From contig OZ024740.1 of NCBI GenBank assembly GCA_964016885.1, positions 112,964,001 to 113,028,000 of the forward strand: 64,000 nt of DNA. Direction: 5' to 3'. The notes below the pieces were generated by a model that saw only the letters and a program-made list of their open reading frames with translations, was not told the DNA's origin and searched no databases. Below, in pieces: positions 1 through 18,471 of the stretch; the first letter of the stretch is position 1; each line of letters opens with the position of its first letter. This DNA is from Eledone cirrhosa (taxonomy: Eukaryota). The position numbers and the translations under genes are program-made.

Positions 1-339
1 GCTTAGTGAGGGGTAGTATTATGACCTGTAAAAACTAACATTCTCCCATCCCCTCTGGCTCTCGGCTGACTGCCACAGCCGTGATGGGTAGCAGTAAAAT
101 ATGGTACAGGCATTGGTGGGCCATTGTTTTGGATGACAGGGTGAACTGACTAAGCACATTTCGTTGAAGTCTGCGGTGGCGAATGGTCAACTTCCTTCGG
201 ACATGCGCTTGCGCAGGCCGGTGGGGGTGAATTGGTACTCACAAGGGAGCGGATGAAAAACCCAAAGACACGCAATTCATCCGTTCCCTTGTCGATCCAA
301 TTTAGATTGCCTCGGAAACATAACCTTATTATGTAACAA

Positions 340-413
340 GCTGTCTGATGATGACACGACACTCGCACACAGAACAGTGTGGCTAGTGTCGTCACTGAAA
401 TATATATCACAGC
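340..413 (+). ncRNA. Minimal type I hammerhead ribozyme in a PLE-type 3' end (element continues to ~540, then (TA)n)
   Basis: gctgt-CTGATGA-(tgac..acgacac...gtgtcgt..ca)-GAAA-t-ATAT-a-TC^acagc. Perfect 5-bp stem I, complete catalytic core, 2-bp stem III closed by a palindromic ATAT loop, ATTAAA just downstream. Confidence 0.85.
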
Positions 414-536
414 ATTATTATTAAAGGACTTGAACATCTGAAACTACTTCGCTTTTCCTTATTCGATATTTACTCCGTCACTCCTATGTGGAAAAAGTAC
501 GTTGAGTGCTTGAATTGAATTGCATCAATATTAACC

Positions 537-1142
<606 letters not shown>

Positions 1143-1466
1143 TGATGGCTGCGCCCTCATTATCGAGTATGGCCACTGCACGATATACCATTATCAATAA
1201 TTATTAATTAATTCTATCCGGGAATATCTGTGCGTGAAGATTTTTTTTGTAAGTGAGGAAAGACTGTGCACTGAGCCAATCCCACTCTCTGAGCGACAGT
1301 AGCTATAACCCGAAAAGAAGAAAAGATCAACATCATCGGTAACTACTGAGCCGCAGGTTTTATATCGGGTTTTATATCGCAGGTTTTATAGCAGGTTTTA
1401 TATCCTGAGTTGCCTTCTCCTAGAAGAATGCCCTGACAAAGGCAAGGCGTCCTTCACTCCCAGTAG
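1143..1466 (-). mobile_element. Non-autonomous RTE-like retroposon copy
   Basis: Reverse complement closely matches 20983-21281 (ggagaaggcaactcagg...gtggccatactcga...gcagccat). The GGAGAAGG(A/C)AACTC motif resembles RTE-clade 5' UTRs; family assignment is inference. Confidence 0.6.
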
Positions 1467-2508
1467 TTTAACCGCGCGATCGGGTATCCAGACCGACTAT
1501 TTCTATGTCCCCACGGATATACATACACATGCACCCATGCATACACACATATACATATACATACATATGCACATGTGTATATACATATTTACGCACTTTT
1601 GGATGGCCGTTGACCCTTATGAGTTCTTCAGCCCTGTATATACATACACATACATACACACATACATACATACATACATACATACATACATACATACATA
1701 CATACATACGCATGTATACATATATATCCATACACATACACATAAACTATGAGTTTATATAGAGAGCTTTGTGAATAATATATTTTCATATAGTGTGGGT
1801 TTGACGGGTTGATATTAATTAGCAGCAGTACTAACACAGCGTGACTGAGAAAAGAGGCGTATACAATATGGTTCAAAGCATATAAAATACGTCAATAATA
1901 AAAACAACAACATATATGTCCCGCTGATTTAAATATACATCCCCATGGATTTATTTGCAACAAATGTTTATATATATAAGTTGATAAATTATTTACACTA
2001 TGTACAGAGTGAACAAACGTCACTGAAGATGGATAAAACATCCTGAAATACTACAATTTGCGGTTCTTAGATATGATCACAGTTTAAATTACCCACAACG
2101 AGACTTATGCATATTTATTATACGTAAACATATTGTATATGCTTTTGTATACGCCTCTATTCTGAACCGCGCTATGTTAGTGCTACAGGTAAATATATAT
2201 ATAGACAATTCAACTCTATGAATCTCAATAAGCTTGAAGTTTTGAGGTTACTGAACTCCGTTACCTCTGACTAAATCACACAGGCATACATGCATAAATA
2301 CATACTTCACACATACTCAGAGATATATATATACATATGTATGTGCATAGAAAGCGAGGGAGTGAAATGTATGCGTACTCACACACACACACACACATAT
2401 ATATATATACGCACACAAATACATACACACATACATACATAAACACATACGTATATTATATACAAACACATACATGTGTATGTACATATATGAGAGTTTG
2501 AGATTTAT

Positions 2509-2608
<100 letters not shown>

Positions 2609-2609
2609 G

Positions 2610-2682
<73 letters not shown>

Positions 2683-2684
<2 letters not shown>

Positions 2685-2826
2685 GTAAGCTAGCGCCGTA
2701 TTTTGACTAAAGAAATTAAAGAAATTATTTAGAATAATTTCTTTAATTTCTTTAGTCAAAATACGGCGATAGCTTACATTTCTAATAATTTCAAACCCAC
2801 TCGCTGTTTCGAAAATGTTCTTATAA
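2683..2826. repeat. Fold-back palindrome in (TA)n with a one-sided tail
   Basis: atgtaagctagcgccgtattttgactaaagaaattaaagaaattatt / aataatttctttaatttctttagtcaaaatacggcgatagcttacat; ~47-bp arms plus a ~45-bp tail, TA tracts on both sides. Confidence 0.85.
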
Positions 2827-2831
2827 TTATA

Positions 2832-2918
<87 letters not shown>

Positions 2919-3699
2919 GGGTGTATGTAAGTATGTATTAAATTCGGTGGTAATTGGGTAGAGTTCAGTAACCTCAAAACTCCTTCAAGGTTAATCAGAT
3001 TGATATAGTTGAAGTATATGTACATGTCAACTCCTGCAGAAATTAAAATTAAATGAAAATAGTTAAAACTAAAAAAAAAAAACACCTTAATATTCGAGAA
3101 AGGAATTATTTCTCATTGGTCATATTATTTAACTGTGGATCCTTGCTAAGTGAGATACTGTCTCGTTATCAAAAGGAAGATACCTTGAATATTGTATGTG
3201 TTTGGGGTTTATTGGTCCCCGATTATAAGTTTGAGGGTTCGTTCCCCAGATCAGGTACCGTGTTGCATTCTTTATCATGATACTTCATTTCACGTTGGTT
3301 TTCACAATAAGTTTGCGGACCATATTATTAAAAGACACAGGACGTTTCCTATGGGATGCAAATGCATTTGAAACCTGCAAAAGTATGGGTTGTGAATTTT
3401 ATTTCGTTTAACTTCTTTCATGAAACTGGCTAGTTCTATGTTTCTAAGATGTGCCAACTTTTCTTCCAACCCATAAGAAAACAAAGCAGATTGTATGCGT
3501 ATATCTTATATGTTAGAAGCCGTAGTTAAACATAAGGAAAGAAAGAAGCCGCTACTCAGCTCATTCCAAAGAAATTATATTTATATTATCATTTGTCTTT
3601 CCCATGATGCTACATTCTGCTGCAACTCCTGGCAGCAAGATCGTCGTCGTAGGAGGAATTTGAATTCAAAACGTACATAGTTGGACAAACAAACTGGTC

Positions 3700-3860
3700 C
3701 GGCGCTGTTAACAATTCCACCAATTAACCGACTAAATGTTGGTAATTTATCGACTCCAAATGAATGAAAGTCAAAGTTGACCTCGATATTATTTGAACTC
3801 ACGGAATGCAAAAACAAACATCGAGATATTTAATCCATGCTCTAACGACTCTGCCAATTA
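3700..3860 (-). mobile_element. Degenerate tRNA-derived SINE
   Basis: atttatcgactcc...tgaaagtcaaagttgacctcg...atttgaactca...ctctaacgactctgccaat matches the reverse complement of the SINE family. Confidence 0.65.
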
Positions 3861-4260
3861 CAGCTAAATTTCCCATTAATTCCCCACGGCCATACTAAAA
3901 TATGAACGCTTTGAATAACGCAATGGTGCTGCTCTATGTCTGAAAGAGGTAGATGAAACGATCAATGCTGGAATATCTGTCATCATTGATGTGCTTCACA
4001 AGCACATCAATGATGAGAAACAAGAACGCTGTTCTGTCTCTCCTTGGCCGAATTTAAAAGTGAATTTCTTACAACGTTCGTTTAGTTTTGGCAGCGAAAT
4101 ACACTAAGCAGGCAATCAATCATGGAATCCTATACAAGGAATCAATATGATCATTTTTAGTTTTCTTTGAATTTTCATCACTGACGTTACTGGCTCGTCA
4201 AAGTTGTTTTGATAAGCCAGTATCGTCGGCGAACTCTGAAGTAAAGAGTAAGGGTAATTA

Positions 4261-4339
4261 TTGGGTCATCAAGTATGAAATTTGTAGAAATTTGTAGAAA
4301 AAACACAAATTTTTACAAATTTGATACTTGACGACCCAA
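4261..4339. mobile_element. ~80-bp palindromic Tc1/mariner-type MITE
   Basis: TA|ttgggtcatcaagtatgaaatttgtagaaatttg...caaatttttacaaatttgatacttgacgacccaa|TA. TA target duplication; second copy at 27888-27968. Confidence 0.7.
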
Positions 4340-5041
4340 TACATATGAACGAAAATGCGTCACATTCATTCATCTTTGATGATTATAATCTTGGCCAATA
4401 GGGGTTGATATAATGAAACAGTCTCCAAATTTTATTGGGCGTTTCGACGTTGAACTATAACACTCTCCTGCTGGTGGACATGTTCATTTTCTCCCCTTGG
4501 CCTCCTGCTCCATAACTAATTTTACACACACTCTCTCTCTATCAATATATATCTTTCTCTCTATCCTCACACAGGCACACATACAGAGACACACACGTAC
4601 AGCAGTACAAGCTCGTTTTGAGGAAAGCATGAATGTCATTCAATCTTGATTCTGGCTATTATAAAGCTGTGATCATTATGACCTCATGACTCAGTCATAA
4701 ATCAATATATATTATCTACAGAAAGAAAGAAAAAATATTACGCAGTGGTTAAAAGAAATGAAAAAAAAATAAGATGACCGGTGCAAAGTAAATATTGCAA
4801 ACTATGTTTCTCTCTATTTTTCCATGATAAATTATCAGCAATATCACCCCCTCCCGCCTCACATAATTATATTTGTATTTGTAGGAGAAAAACATAATTT
4901 GAATTTATGATAAATTTAAATAAAAGTTGAATATATGTGAACTTAAATAAACAAACAAACATGTGAATTATGTGAATTACATTCGTATATATATATATCT
5001 TTCTCTCTCTTTCTTTCTTACTCGCTCACTGTTTCTCTCCC

Positions 5042-5085
<44 letters not shown>

Positions 5086-5087
5086 TG

Positions 5088-5121
<34 letters not shown>

Positions 5122-5404
5122 CGTATACATGCATATATATATGTGTGTGAGTATATTTCTAATTCACACACAAAAAAAAACATATGTAATACGCTTGTGT
5201 ATATAAATATACATGCATAAATAATTACACACACACACACACAGACACACACCCACACTACACACACACATATATATATATGTATGTATATAAATGCGTG
5301 TGTATGTGTCTGCATTTCGTATGAACAAACATATTTATATCTGTAAATAATATATCTGTCTTACACATACGCACAAATATATATAGATATATAAAGATAG
5401 ATAG

Positions 5405-5478
<74 letters not shown>

Positions 5479-5693
5479 AATAGAGGAATAATTTAATTTC
5501 GCTGTGGATTGAAAGGAAAGTAAATAGATTTGGACGAATGATTTCATTTTATTAAAGAGAAATTCAGAACGTGTGCATGCACCTCACATAAATTATACAC
5601 TGGAAATTATATAGTTAACGTTTTACCCCTGAGGATGTAACACACACATATTGATAACATCATACACACACTCACACACACAGACACACACAG

Positions 5694-5736
<43 letters not shown>

Positions 5737-5884
5737 TGAATACATAAGTGGTAGATAGGATGGATGTGCATGAACGTGCATGAGGAAAGAGTGAGAGATT
5801 AAAAAGTGGAATGAATAAGATAATAACTATAGGATTATAGTTAGATGGAGGAGATGGTGGCAGTAGAAAAATCATCACATTCTA

Positions 5885-5964
<80 letters not shown>

Positions 5965-5994
5965 GTAAATATATATATAAAGTATATATATACA

Positions 5995-6034
<40 letters not shown>

Positions 6035-6258
6035 GGAAAGTTATATTTAAAATTGTTGGGTTACAACTAGTAAATATTTATAACTGATATAAAAGCACTC
6101 GACAAATATTTGGAGTATATTTACAATATTAAATAAATGGAAACTATATTTATAAAACCATATTTATTTCATTATATATATTTCGGGGATATCATATTAA
6201 CAATATGCTATGCCTTCCTCAGACAAAATACAATATAAACAGTTTTATAGATAAATAG
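6035..6258 (-). mobile_element. PLE-type terminal-repeat fragment, family C, with hammerhead-like motif
   Basis: Minus strand reads tattttgt-CTGAGGA-...-GAAA-t-atat-a-ta-atgaaata; homologous to 11041-11290 and 18472-18800. Confidence 0.7.
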
Positions 6259-6684
6259 ATTCGACATACCGTTATAACACCGACTTCCATTTGACGAGGT
6301 TTACGCTGGCAGTGAAAACATTTTACACAGAGAGAAAGAAAGAGAGAAAAAAGAAAGAAAGACAGAAAACGAAGAAAAGGAAGAAAAAGAAGAAATGCAT
6401 GGAACAAAATAGAGAGATGGAAAGATAGATAAAGCGAAGAACTTCATGTAAAGAAACAGAAAGAGATATATATATATATAGAGAGAGGAAATAGAGATAG
6501 ATACATATATATATAGAAAATTAGGTAGTGGGAGGTCATTTTGATTAAATGTATCAATGATACATTTATTTATTTATTTATTTATTTAGCTCAAGTATTA
6601 ATGTAAGGGAGATATATAGAGAGAGAAAAAATATATAGAGAGGAAAAAATAGCGAGAGAAAAAAAAAAAAAATAGCGAGAGAAA

Positions 6685-6728
<44 letters not shown>

Positions 6729-7565
6729 GCATATATACATATATAATTGTTATTAATGGTGAAGTTTCGCCGACGTTATTGACTTATCAAAACTACCTAT
6801 TTTGATAAGTCAATAATGCCCACGAAATTTCCAAAGTCTACGTTACAATTTATGACAAAAACAATGTTCCCTCAAAATACTGTATACCGACAAGAAAATC
6901 TGGTCTTGGCTAATGCAACGTAAAATTCGCCAAAGTATTGTTTTATAATTTTAGATAACGTAAGCGAAAGAGAAAAGGCTTTACTCACAGTACCAATCTA
7001 AAAGCTTCCAACCATACATAGCTAAAATCATTAAAATATATAGAATAGTGTTTAAATCTGTGTGATAAAAATGGCTGTAAATCGTTTAGCTAATTGTAGT
7101 ATGCCTGTGCTCTCAATAATGACGTCGACAGCGTTGAACGTATATAAGTTTTGGAATCCAGGATTGGTATGTCATGTATCCTAGAATTACGGAATATATG
7201 AACAATCATACACACTGCACTGGAAAATTTGCGTTTTGATAAATTAATGGTTTGCATAAGAGAAACCATACAGTTTATTTTGATTTCTGTCACATGATAA
7301 GAATGATAATTTAGTAGTTTATTTCTAGAATATACATAAATGTTCATCATATATTTACAAATGACATACAGGATTACATATATGAAGTACTGTGGAGAAA
7401 TAACTATTTACAGGGACAAATATAGAACTAAGACCCAGGCCCTTGAGGTTAGAAAATAACCGTCTTTTTGGAGCAGATAGGAAGAGCATTGTGTGTTTTT
7501 GTAAACTTTAAAGAGTAACCAACAGGTATTTGTGTATGTATACACACACAGACACACACACACAG

Positions 7566-7915
<350 letters not shown>

Positions 7916-7964
7916 TTATATATGTGTGCGTGTATGTGTGTACGAATTTATATATATTTATATA

Positions 7965-8419
7965 CTATATTTGACGGCTTATAAGACGCACGTTTTTTTT
8001 CAAAAAATATCTTAGAAAATCACCCTGTGTCTTATAATGTCAAAGATCAGTGTGGCATACTGGCTAGTGAAGTTCTAGTGCTGCAGTGACTCTTAAATTG
8101 AACCACAAATATCGCAATTGTAAACAAGGTAGCGATCGCTTCTACACTAACAATTGCAACTCTTAAAAAATCCACAATTTAAAAAGATTTTATGATGAAT
8201 GTAATAATTTATTTTCACTTTCTTTTAGAAATGTACTAAATATTTCAACAAACAAATATGATTTAGAGAATAAAGTAAATTTATTTATACTCTTGCACTA
8301 AACTATTATAAGAATTACAGCGTAGAATGATAATAAAAACATACGATGTACAAACTTTATACTCTTCACCTGACATTCGTAGTTTAAACCCATAACGTCT
8401 TATAAGCCTTCAAATACAG
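7965..8419. mobile_element. Non-autonomous Tc2/pogo-like DNA transposon
   Basis: TA|ctatatttgacggcttataagacg ... cgtcttataagccttcaaatacag|TA. ~24-bp imperfect TIRs, TA target duplication, no transposase ORF. Confidence 0.7.
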
Positions 8420-9073
8420 TATGTATATATATACACAAACACTCATGGTGCATTATTTAGTTGATTTGGAAATTTACCTTTTGAACGGAGGCGTGTACGT
8501 ATCTGCAACTAAAAAAAAATTATACCCCACCCCTCAAAAGAAAGGATTTTTGAGTTTTTGAAAATAAAATGAAATATGTAATTATGATTATGAAAATAAA
8601 AAATGTTTTCATCAAAATCCTGTTTTTAATTCCCCCCCCCCTTTTTTTTTGCTAACATGAGCCATTATGTATTTGTTCATTCCGCGGGAAAGGGCAGACT
8701 TAATCTCTTTCATACTATCATTTGAAATAAATATGGAACTTCTTGCTTTAATATATAGAATTATAAATATTAAACAGAAAACTCCTTTTAGGGTAAGGAG
8801 GAGGATTAAAAAATGTTGCAGCTTTGTAAACGTCCTGATTGGAAACGTATGGGTTATTTACATGCAGGTCTTGTTTGGAAACTCTACGCCATAATTAATA
8901 TATCACGAAAAATTTTATTTTAAAAATATGTGTCTCCTTAGCAAGACGTTTGGAAAGTTCTGATATAGAATATTAAATGGAATAAGAACAGATTATGTAA
9001 AGAAATGACCGTGAGATTTTACCTTTTCACGCCGTTCGACACTGACTGGTATGAGGACATTATTATTAAACCG

Positions 9074-9260
9074 AGGGGTGGATTGGCAGTATCGGTAGAG
9101 GGTCGGACGTTGTGCTTTTCAGCATAGAGTTACGGCCCTTTATGGTCTGAGTTCAAATCCCGTCAAAGTTAACTTTGCCTTTCATCCTTATGGGGTCGAT
9201 AACATAAAGTACCAGTAATGCACTGGATAATTGCTGGGCTTGTGCCCAAAGTAGAAATAT
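9074..9260 (+). mobile_element. tRNA-derived SINE with Nin/Deu-like core
   Basis: A-box-like tggcagtatcggtagag, B-box-like gagttcaaatccc, core ttgcctttcatccttatggggtcgataa. 14-bp TSD ttattattaaaccg at 9060-9073 and 9261-9274. Confidence 0.9.
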
Positions 9261-9820
9261 TTATTATTAAACCGGAGATCTGGCCCAGAGTAGACTCCGC
9301 ATTAGACACACAATGACTATGTAGAAGTGTTAAACAAAGTGACGGATTAAGTTTATCAACCAAAATCTGCCACACAAATTAGAGCCTACTACTCAAAACT
9401 AAGTCTATCACCCAAGTTACCACATTTTAGTGTCTGCGTAGAAATATCATAATTTTGTATATATGTATGTTTTTGTTGAATAACGAACGTCTTATAAACC
9501 GAATGATAAAATGTCTACATCAAATGTGTAGAGATGGGGAAGAAATCTAATATATAATAGTGTAATTTTCTAGAACATGATGGAGTTAAGATTTCTTATT
9601 TCTGGTGTCTGTCAGAATATAAGAATAGTTATAGAATGTAAGGAATATAAAGCATACACAAGAAAGTCCCTGAAACATATCTGGGAAATGTCATTTGACG
9701 CACTGACGGGAGATTGTTAAGGTGAAACGCCCAGACATATTGTCAGAGATTAACAGGGAAGAAAAGAATATTTCTTATCTACACGTACACAAACACCCAC
9801 ATACGGATATATATATATAT

Positions 9821-9892
<72 letters not shown>

Positions 9893-10007
9893 TGGTGCTG
9901 AAACCGAGGAGACCACTAATCATGCGAGTAATCAATGTTTGGCGCCGCGGACGGGATTTTACCCCCTCTCTCCCACTCTCTCTATTTCTATCACTCTCCA
10001 TATATTA

Positions 10008-10095
<88 letters not shown>

Positions 10096-10521
10096 ACCGT
10101 ATATGCCGTAATTGGAACATATACAATCTAAACCAAAATCATGCTATTCACGAACGAAAACAAACGAAAATCATTATCCCACAACCAACCCTAACCATTA
10201 TAGGTTAAATCCAGACATGCCCTTCAAAAGCATATCCATCGTTCCCAGTCGAATAACAACTATCCTGTTCTAATTACGGGTATAAGTGTGACAGAGGTCG
10301 ACAGGCTGCAGTATAATTATAACCAGTAGGCGCTGATTAGGATGCTGGACGCACGATCCTTTACCGGGTATTATGTTGTCTTATTGAGCAAAATAACTTC
10401 TTTCTCGTCACATTTCTTCTTCTGTCAGGAGTTGCAATCAGCAGATAGTCTCATGAATAGAAACAATGTTTCTTTCCCCACCTCAGTCTGTCTGTCAATC
10501 TGTCTGTCTGTCAATCTGTCT

Positions 10522-10655
<134 letters not shown>

Positions 10656-10711
10656 CTGTATATATATATATATATATATGATGCGACAAAAGATATCACT
10701 TTTGTCGCATC

Positions 10712-10803
10712 ACCAGTCTGAGGAGCAGATCGATACTGGAGTCGGGTCCATAACACCTATGAGTCGCCTTGAGCCAATGCTCTGCGAAACGCGCGTAACA
10801 GGT
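10712..10803 (+). ncRNA. Minimal type I hammerhead ribozyme (element ~10679-10860)
   Basis: accagt-CTGAGGA-gcaga...tctgc-GAAA-c-GCGC-g-TA^acaggt. Palindromic stem III loop, one mismatch in stem I, AATAAA at 10812, small 5' hairpin at 10679-10711. Confidence 0.85.
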
Positions 10804-10969
10804 CGACACGCAATAAATAATCTTCATATGTAAATGAAACTTCCTCGTTTTTTCTATTATATAAACTCTGCCTGTGCATAGAGTGCTTGATTTGGTATCA
10901 ACAGCGCTACTTCACCGGACTACTTTCACTATATCTATCTAGCTATAGATCTATATATCTATATATCTA

Positions 10970-11040
<71 letters not shown>

Positions 11041-11045
<5 letters not shown>

Positions 11046-11290
11046 ATATTAACAAATGGAAACTATATTTATAAAACCATATTTATTTCATTATACATAT
11101 TTCAACGGCCACCAAGGCAAATTATGGTGCGCTTTCATCAGATAAAATACAATACAGATTTGTTTTATAAATAAATATTGACATACCCTGAAAAAAAGAC
11201 ATCTGATGAAAGTGCACCATAATTTGCCTTGGTGGCCCTTGAAATATGTATAATAAAATAAATATGGTTTTATAAATATAGTTTCCATTT
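11041..11290. mobile_element. Fold-back hammerhead element, family C
   Basis: Inverted arms ~11053-11142 and 11201-11290. Each arm carries CTGATGA-aag..-GAAA-t-atgt-a-ta. Confidence 0.85.
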
Positions 11291-11293
11291 ATT

Positions 11294-11475
11294 GTGGATT
11301 GGCAGTATCGGTAGAGGGTCAAACACCATGCTTTCCATCATAGTTACGTCCCTTTACGATCTGAGTTCAAATCCCGCCGAGGTTGACTTTGCCTTTCATC
11401 ATTACGGGGTCGATAAAATAAAGTACCAGTAATGCACTGGCTAATTGCTGGCCTTGTGCCTAAAGTAGAAACAGT
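11294..11475 (+). mobile_element. tRNA-derived SINE
   Basis: Full-length family match (gtggattggcagtatcggtagag...ccttgtgcctaaagtagaaac). Confidence 0.9.
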
Positions 11476-11900
11476 TATTATCTTGGTATATATATATATA
11501 TATATATATATACATACACATATATATAATATATATACATACACATATATATACATACACATATATACATACACACACATATATATATATATACATACAC
11601 ATATGTTCATATGTCCTATACATTTATTTCTTCCACTTAAATGCTATGATGCAACGTAATATCAAACGTAATATCAAACGATATATTACGCTGTGGAAAT
11701 CTGATTAAAAATGTTCTGATTAATGTATTATATGGAAATATAATACATTAAAAATACGTCAGATATTTTCCGATATAAGTAAACATAAATTTCATGGTTA
11801 CATAGAAGTTAGCAGATGGAAAAAATATAGACTTTAAAAAACACAGTCACATATAATATACGCTTGTGATTATATATATATATATATATATATATACACG

Positions 11901-12072
11901 TACAAAGAGGGTGTGGTAAGATATAGGGTGGACCATAACGCACCAGGCTAATCAATATTTAGTAGAGTTGTTAATAGAAAAAGAGTCAGGACCCCGACGG
12001 CCTAGCTCCGGCCGTTTCAACAGCTGTTGAAACGGCCGGAGCTCTGCCGCCCGGGTCCTGACTCTTTTCCTA
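11901..12072. mobile_element. Fold-back element, family B (3' half of a hammerhead)
   Basis: Inverted arms around a loopless apex ttcaacagctgttgaa. GAAA-cggc-cggagctc-tgccg follows; homologous to copies at 28707, 40116, 57588 and 61007. Confidence 0.85.
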
Positions 12073-12154
12073 TATATATATATATATACGTATATATATA
12101 AATACGAAGATATGTCAAGTTTGTGTGAATCAAATGTGCAAACAATAATAAAAC

Positions 12155-12223
12155 TTAGCCCTAACCCTAACCCTAACACTCAGCCTTAGCCCTAGCTTCA
12201 GCCTCAGCCTAAGCTTAACCCTA
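12155..12223 (+). repeat. Degenerate (CCCTAA)n telomere-like tract
   Basis: ccctaaccctaaccctaac followed by variant hexamers (cttagc, ctcagc). Confidence 0.6.
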
Positions 12224-12264
12224 GTATATATATATATATATATTTCTATCTATCTGTCTATGTA

Positions 12265-13286
<1,022 letters not shown>

Positions 13287-13441
13287 AAACGACTTCCCCC
13301 TTTTAGACCCTCTACCTCCTTCCCACCCACCAACCCATCCTCAACCTGAAATACGGCCACTATGATTACCTATCTACATTTTCTGCATGTAGAGATGTTT
13401 TTATGTGCCTGTGTATATGCGTATATTTATGAGTACTTATT

Positions 13442-13475
<34 letters not shown>

Positions 13476-13483
13476 TAAATGTA

Positions 13484-13593
<110 letters not shown>

Positions 13594-13740
13594 AATTAAA
13601 ATACTAGAGTGTGTTGGAGTTAAACACCCTCTTCATATTATAGAAATGACAGTAAAGATATAGCTCAATGTAATTAAACAGAGCCGAAGAATTATGAAAA
13701 TACACCAAAGAAGCCTTCAATACATCAAAAGTCTTTATTA

Positions 13741-13778
13741 GCCAACAATGTTTCGTCCTATTAAGGACTCATCAGGGC
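13741..13778 (-). ncRNA. Type I hammerhead ribozyme (PLE terminal repeat, ~13590-13800)
   Basis: Minus strand: gcc-CTGATGA-gtcc-ttaata-ggac-GAAA-c-att-g-TT^ggc, then AATAAA. An inverted partial copy lies at 14631-14688. Confidence 0.8.
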
Positions 13779-14686
13779 AAGTAAAGCTATAAGAAGCACT
13801 ATCGGCCAATACAAGCCAAAAACTCAGAAGAATATGGAGTATACATACATTAAAGCATAGGAAAATTATCAAGTAAAAATTGCTAAGGAAGTGAATAACA
13901 TTTTGAACCATATTACAATGCAAAGACTAAAACTAAACACAAGTGGTGATATAAAGCGAGAATTACAGTACGATATATAATATAATATAATATAATATAT
14001 TATAATTGATAATGATAATAATAATAATATTAAAAATAATAATATTAAAAGGCCCAATATACATATATATATATATACATATGTATATATATATATATCA
14101 ATACACATATCCATCAATACAAACACAAACTAACACTTATTAAGAGTTTAAATATAAATATAATACATATATTATTTACAGTATAAAATGATAAAGAAAT
14201 GAATAAAAATAAACATATAATATATAATATACTATATAATTATATAATTTATAATCTCCGGTCAATTTGCACAAACAATATAAATATTACAATAACACTA
14301 TAATAACAATATTATAATATATTGGCATATAACTTAACAAATCATATAAAGTTACACACAGGGTGAGAAAAAAATATCATACAGAACTAAAATGTGTTGA
14401 AAAAATTGTGCTGGAAAAATATCTATACCGTTGTAACAAAACAGACGGAGGTCAAGTTTTTATACAATTGGTATAAATAAATACTATCTAAACATTATAA
14501 AAATTATAAAAACATATTACAGAATTTACAAAATTTAACATAAGGGTACATTGAATAATCGGTAAATATTTAAGATCTATAGTACGATTACAAACAGTGA
14601 TAAGATATAACAACTTCAATATTAAATAACAAACATTGTTGGCTAATAAAGATTTTTGATGTATTGAAGGCTTCTTTGGTTTATTT

Positions 14687-14721
<35 letters not shown>

Positions 14722-14818
14722 CTGTATATATATGTGTGTATATGTATGTATATGTGTATATATGTATATATATATATATATATGTGTATGTATATATGTA
14801 AATATATGTGTGTATATA

Positions 14819-14867
<49 letters not shown>

Positions 14868-14902
14868 ATGTATGTATATATATATATATATATGTATATA
14901 TA

Positions 14903-14960
<58 letters not shown>

Positions 14961-14979
14961 AATATATATGTATGTATAT

Positions 14980-16776
<1,797 letters not shown>

Positions 16777-16825
16777 GGGGATGGGGGGTGCGCGTGTTTG
16801 TGAATGCGCCTGTTGACATTTGGAA

Positions 16826-17170
16826 TATAGCTTAAGAGAAACTTGAAGATAATGGTATGATAGGCACTCAATACTTTGAACTGCTCTATAGAATTCTCTA
16901 GGCCTTTGTCACTCTAAGTAGAACCTTAAAGAATTAGCTTTTAAAGAATTTCCCTTTTCTTTAAATCCATCAACCATGACTAACCCCCAACGATCTTATA
17001 GACACCTGAAATATAGGCATTGTTAGCTTAAGTGAAACTTAAAAATAAGGAGTGGCACCCCATTCTGAACTTGTTTATAGAATTCTTTCTGCCTTTGTTA
17101 CTCTAAATATAAATTATAGCTTTAAAGAATTAGCTTTTAATGAATTCCCTTTTCTATCAACCAATGACCT
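16826..17170 (+). repeat. Diverged ~197-bp tandem duplication
   Basis: tagcttaag.gaaactt...tatagaattct...gcctttgt.actctaa...ttaaagaattagcttttaa.gaatt occurs twice. Confidence 0.75.
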
Positions 17171-17244
17171 CTACCCATCCCACTCCATACCCTCGCCTAC
17201 CACATGAAGAGGCCTATAAATACCATATTTATTTTTTGATACCC

Positions 17245-17295
17245 AGATTCCTGATGATTTCTAAAGAATGAAACAGTTCTAGTCCTGTAGAATCT
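17245..17295 (+). ncRNA. Type I hammerhead ribozyme, family A (non-fold-back copy, element ends ~17380)
   Basis: agattc-CTGATGA-tttc-taaa-gaat-GAAA-cag-ttctagtc-ctg-TA^gaatct. 6-bp stem I, weak stem II. Confidence 0.8.
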
Positions 17296-17381
17296 CATCT
17301 ATATTAAAACTTTTATACTCTGCTATGTATTGAGTACCTTACTTACTGTGGTTACCTACGATTCAACCCGGAATAACGTAC

Positions 17382-18065
<684 letters not shown>

Positions 18066-18224
18066 CACACACACATATATATATATGTGTGTGTGTGTGT
18101 GTATGTACATCAGATGTGTATTTGTGTTTCTATAAATTATGTGAAATATTATAATCAAAAGAAAAAAAACATTTCAGAAGTAAAAATAAAATAGAATAAT
18201 TATATAGATGATTATGATTATGAA

Positions 18225-18228
18225 GATA

Positions 18229-18281
<53 letters not shown>

Positions 18282-18370
18282 ATTGCTGCTGCTGCTGCTG
18301 ATGGTGGTGGTGGTGGTGGTTGTGGTGTTGGTGGTGGTGTAGTGGTGGTATGTTGGTGGCGGTGGTGATG
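18225..18370. repeat. (GAT)n(GCT)n(GGT)n trinucleotide compound repeat
   Basis: Direct reading of the sequence. Confidence 0.95.
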
Positions 18371-18404
18371 TGTGCGCGCGCGCATATATATATATATATA
18401 TATA

Positions 18405-18444
<40 letters not shown>

Positions 18445-18471
18445 TTTGTGTATGTGTGTGTGTGTGTGTGT

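Noticed and set aside
9074-9170. tRNA genes at SINE heads
   Set aside because: A/B-box-like motifs are present but there is no cloverleaf; they are SINE heads with a core and TSDs.
12155-12223. True telomere or chromosome-fusion scar
   Set aside because: Only about three perfect units in a degenerate tract, with no head-to-head arrangement.
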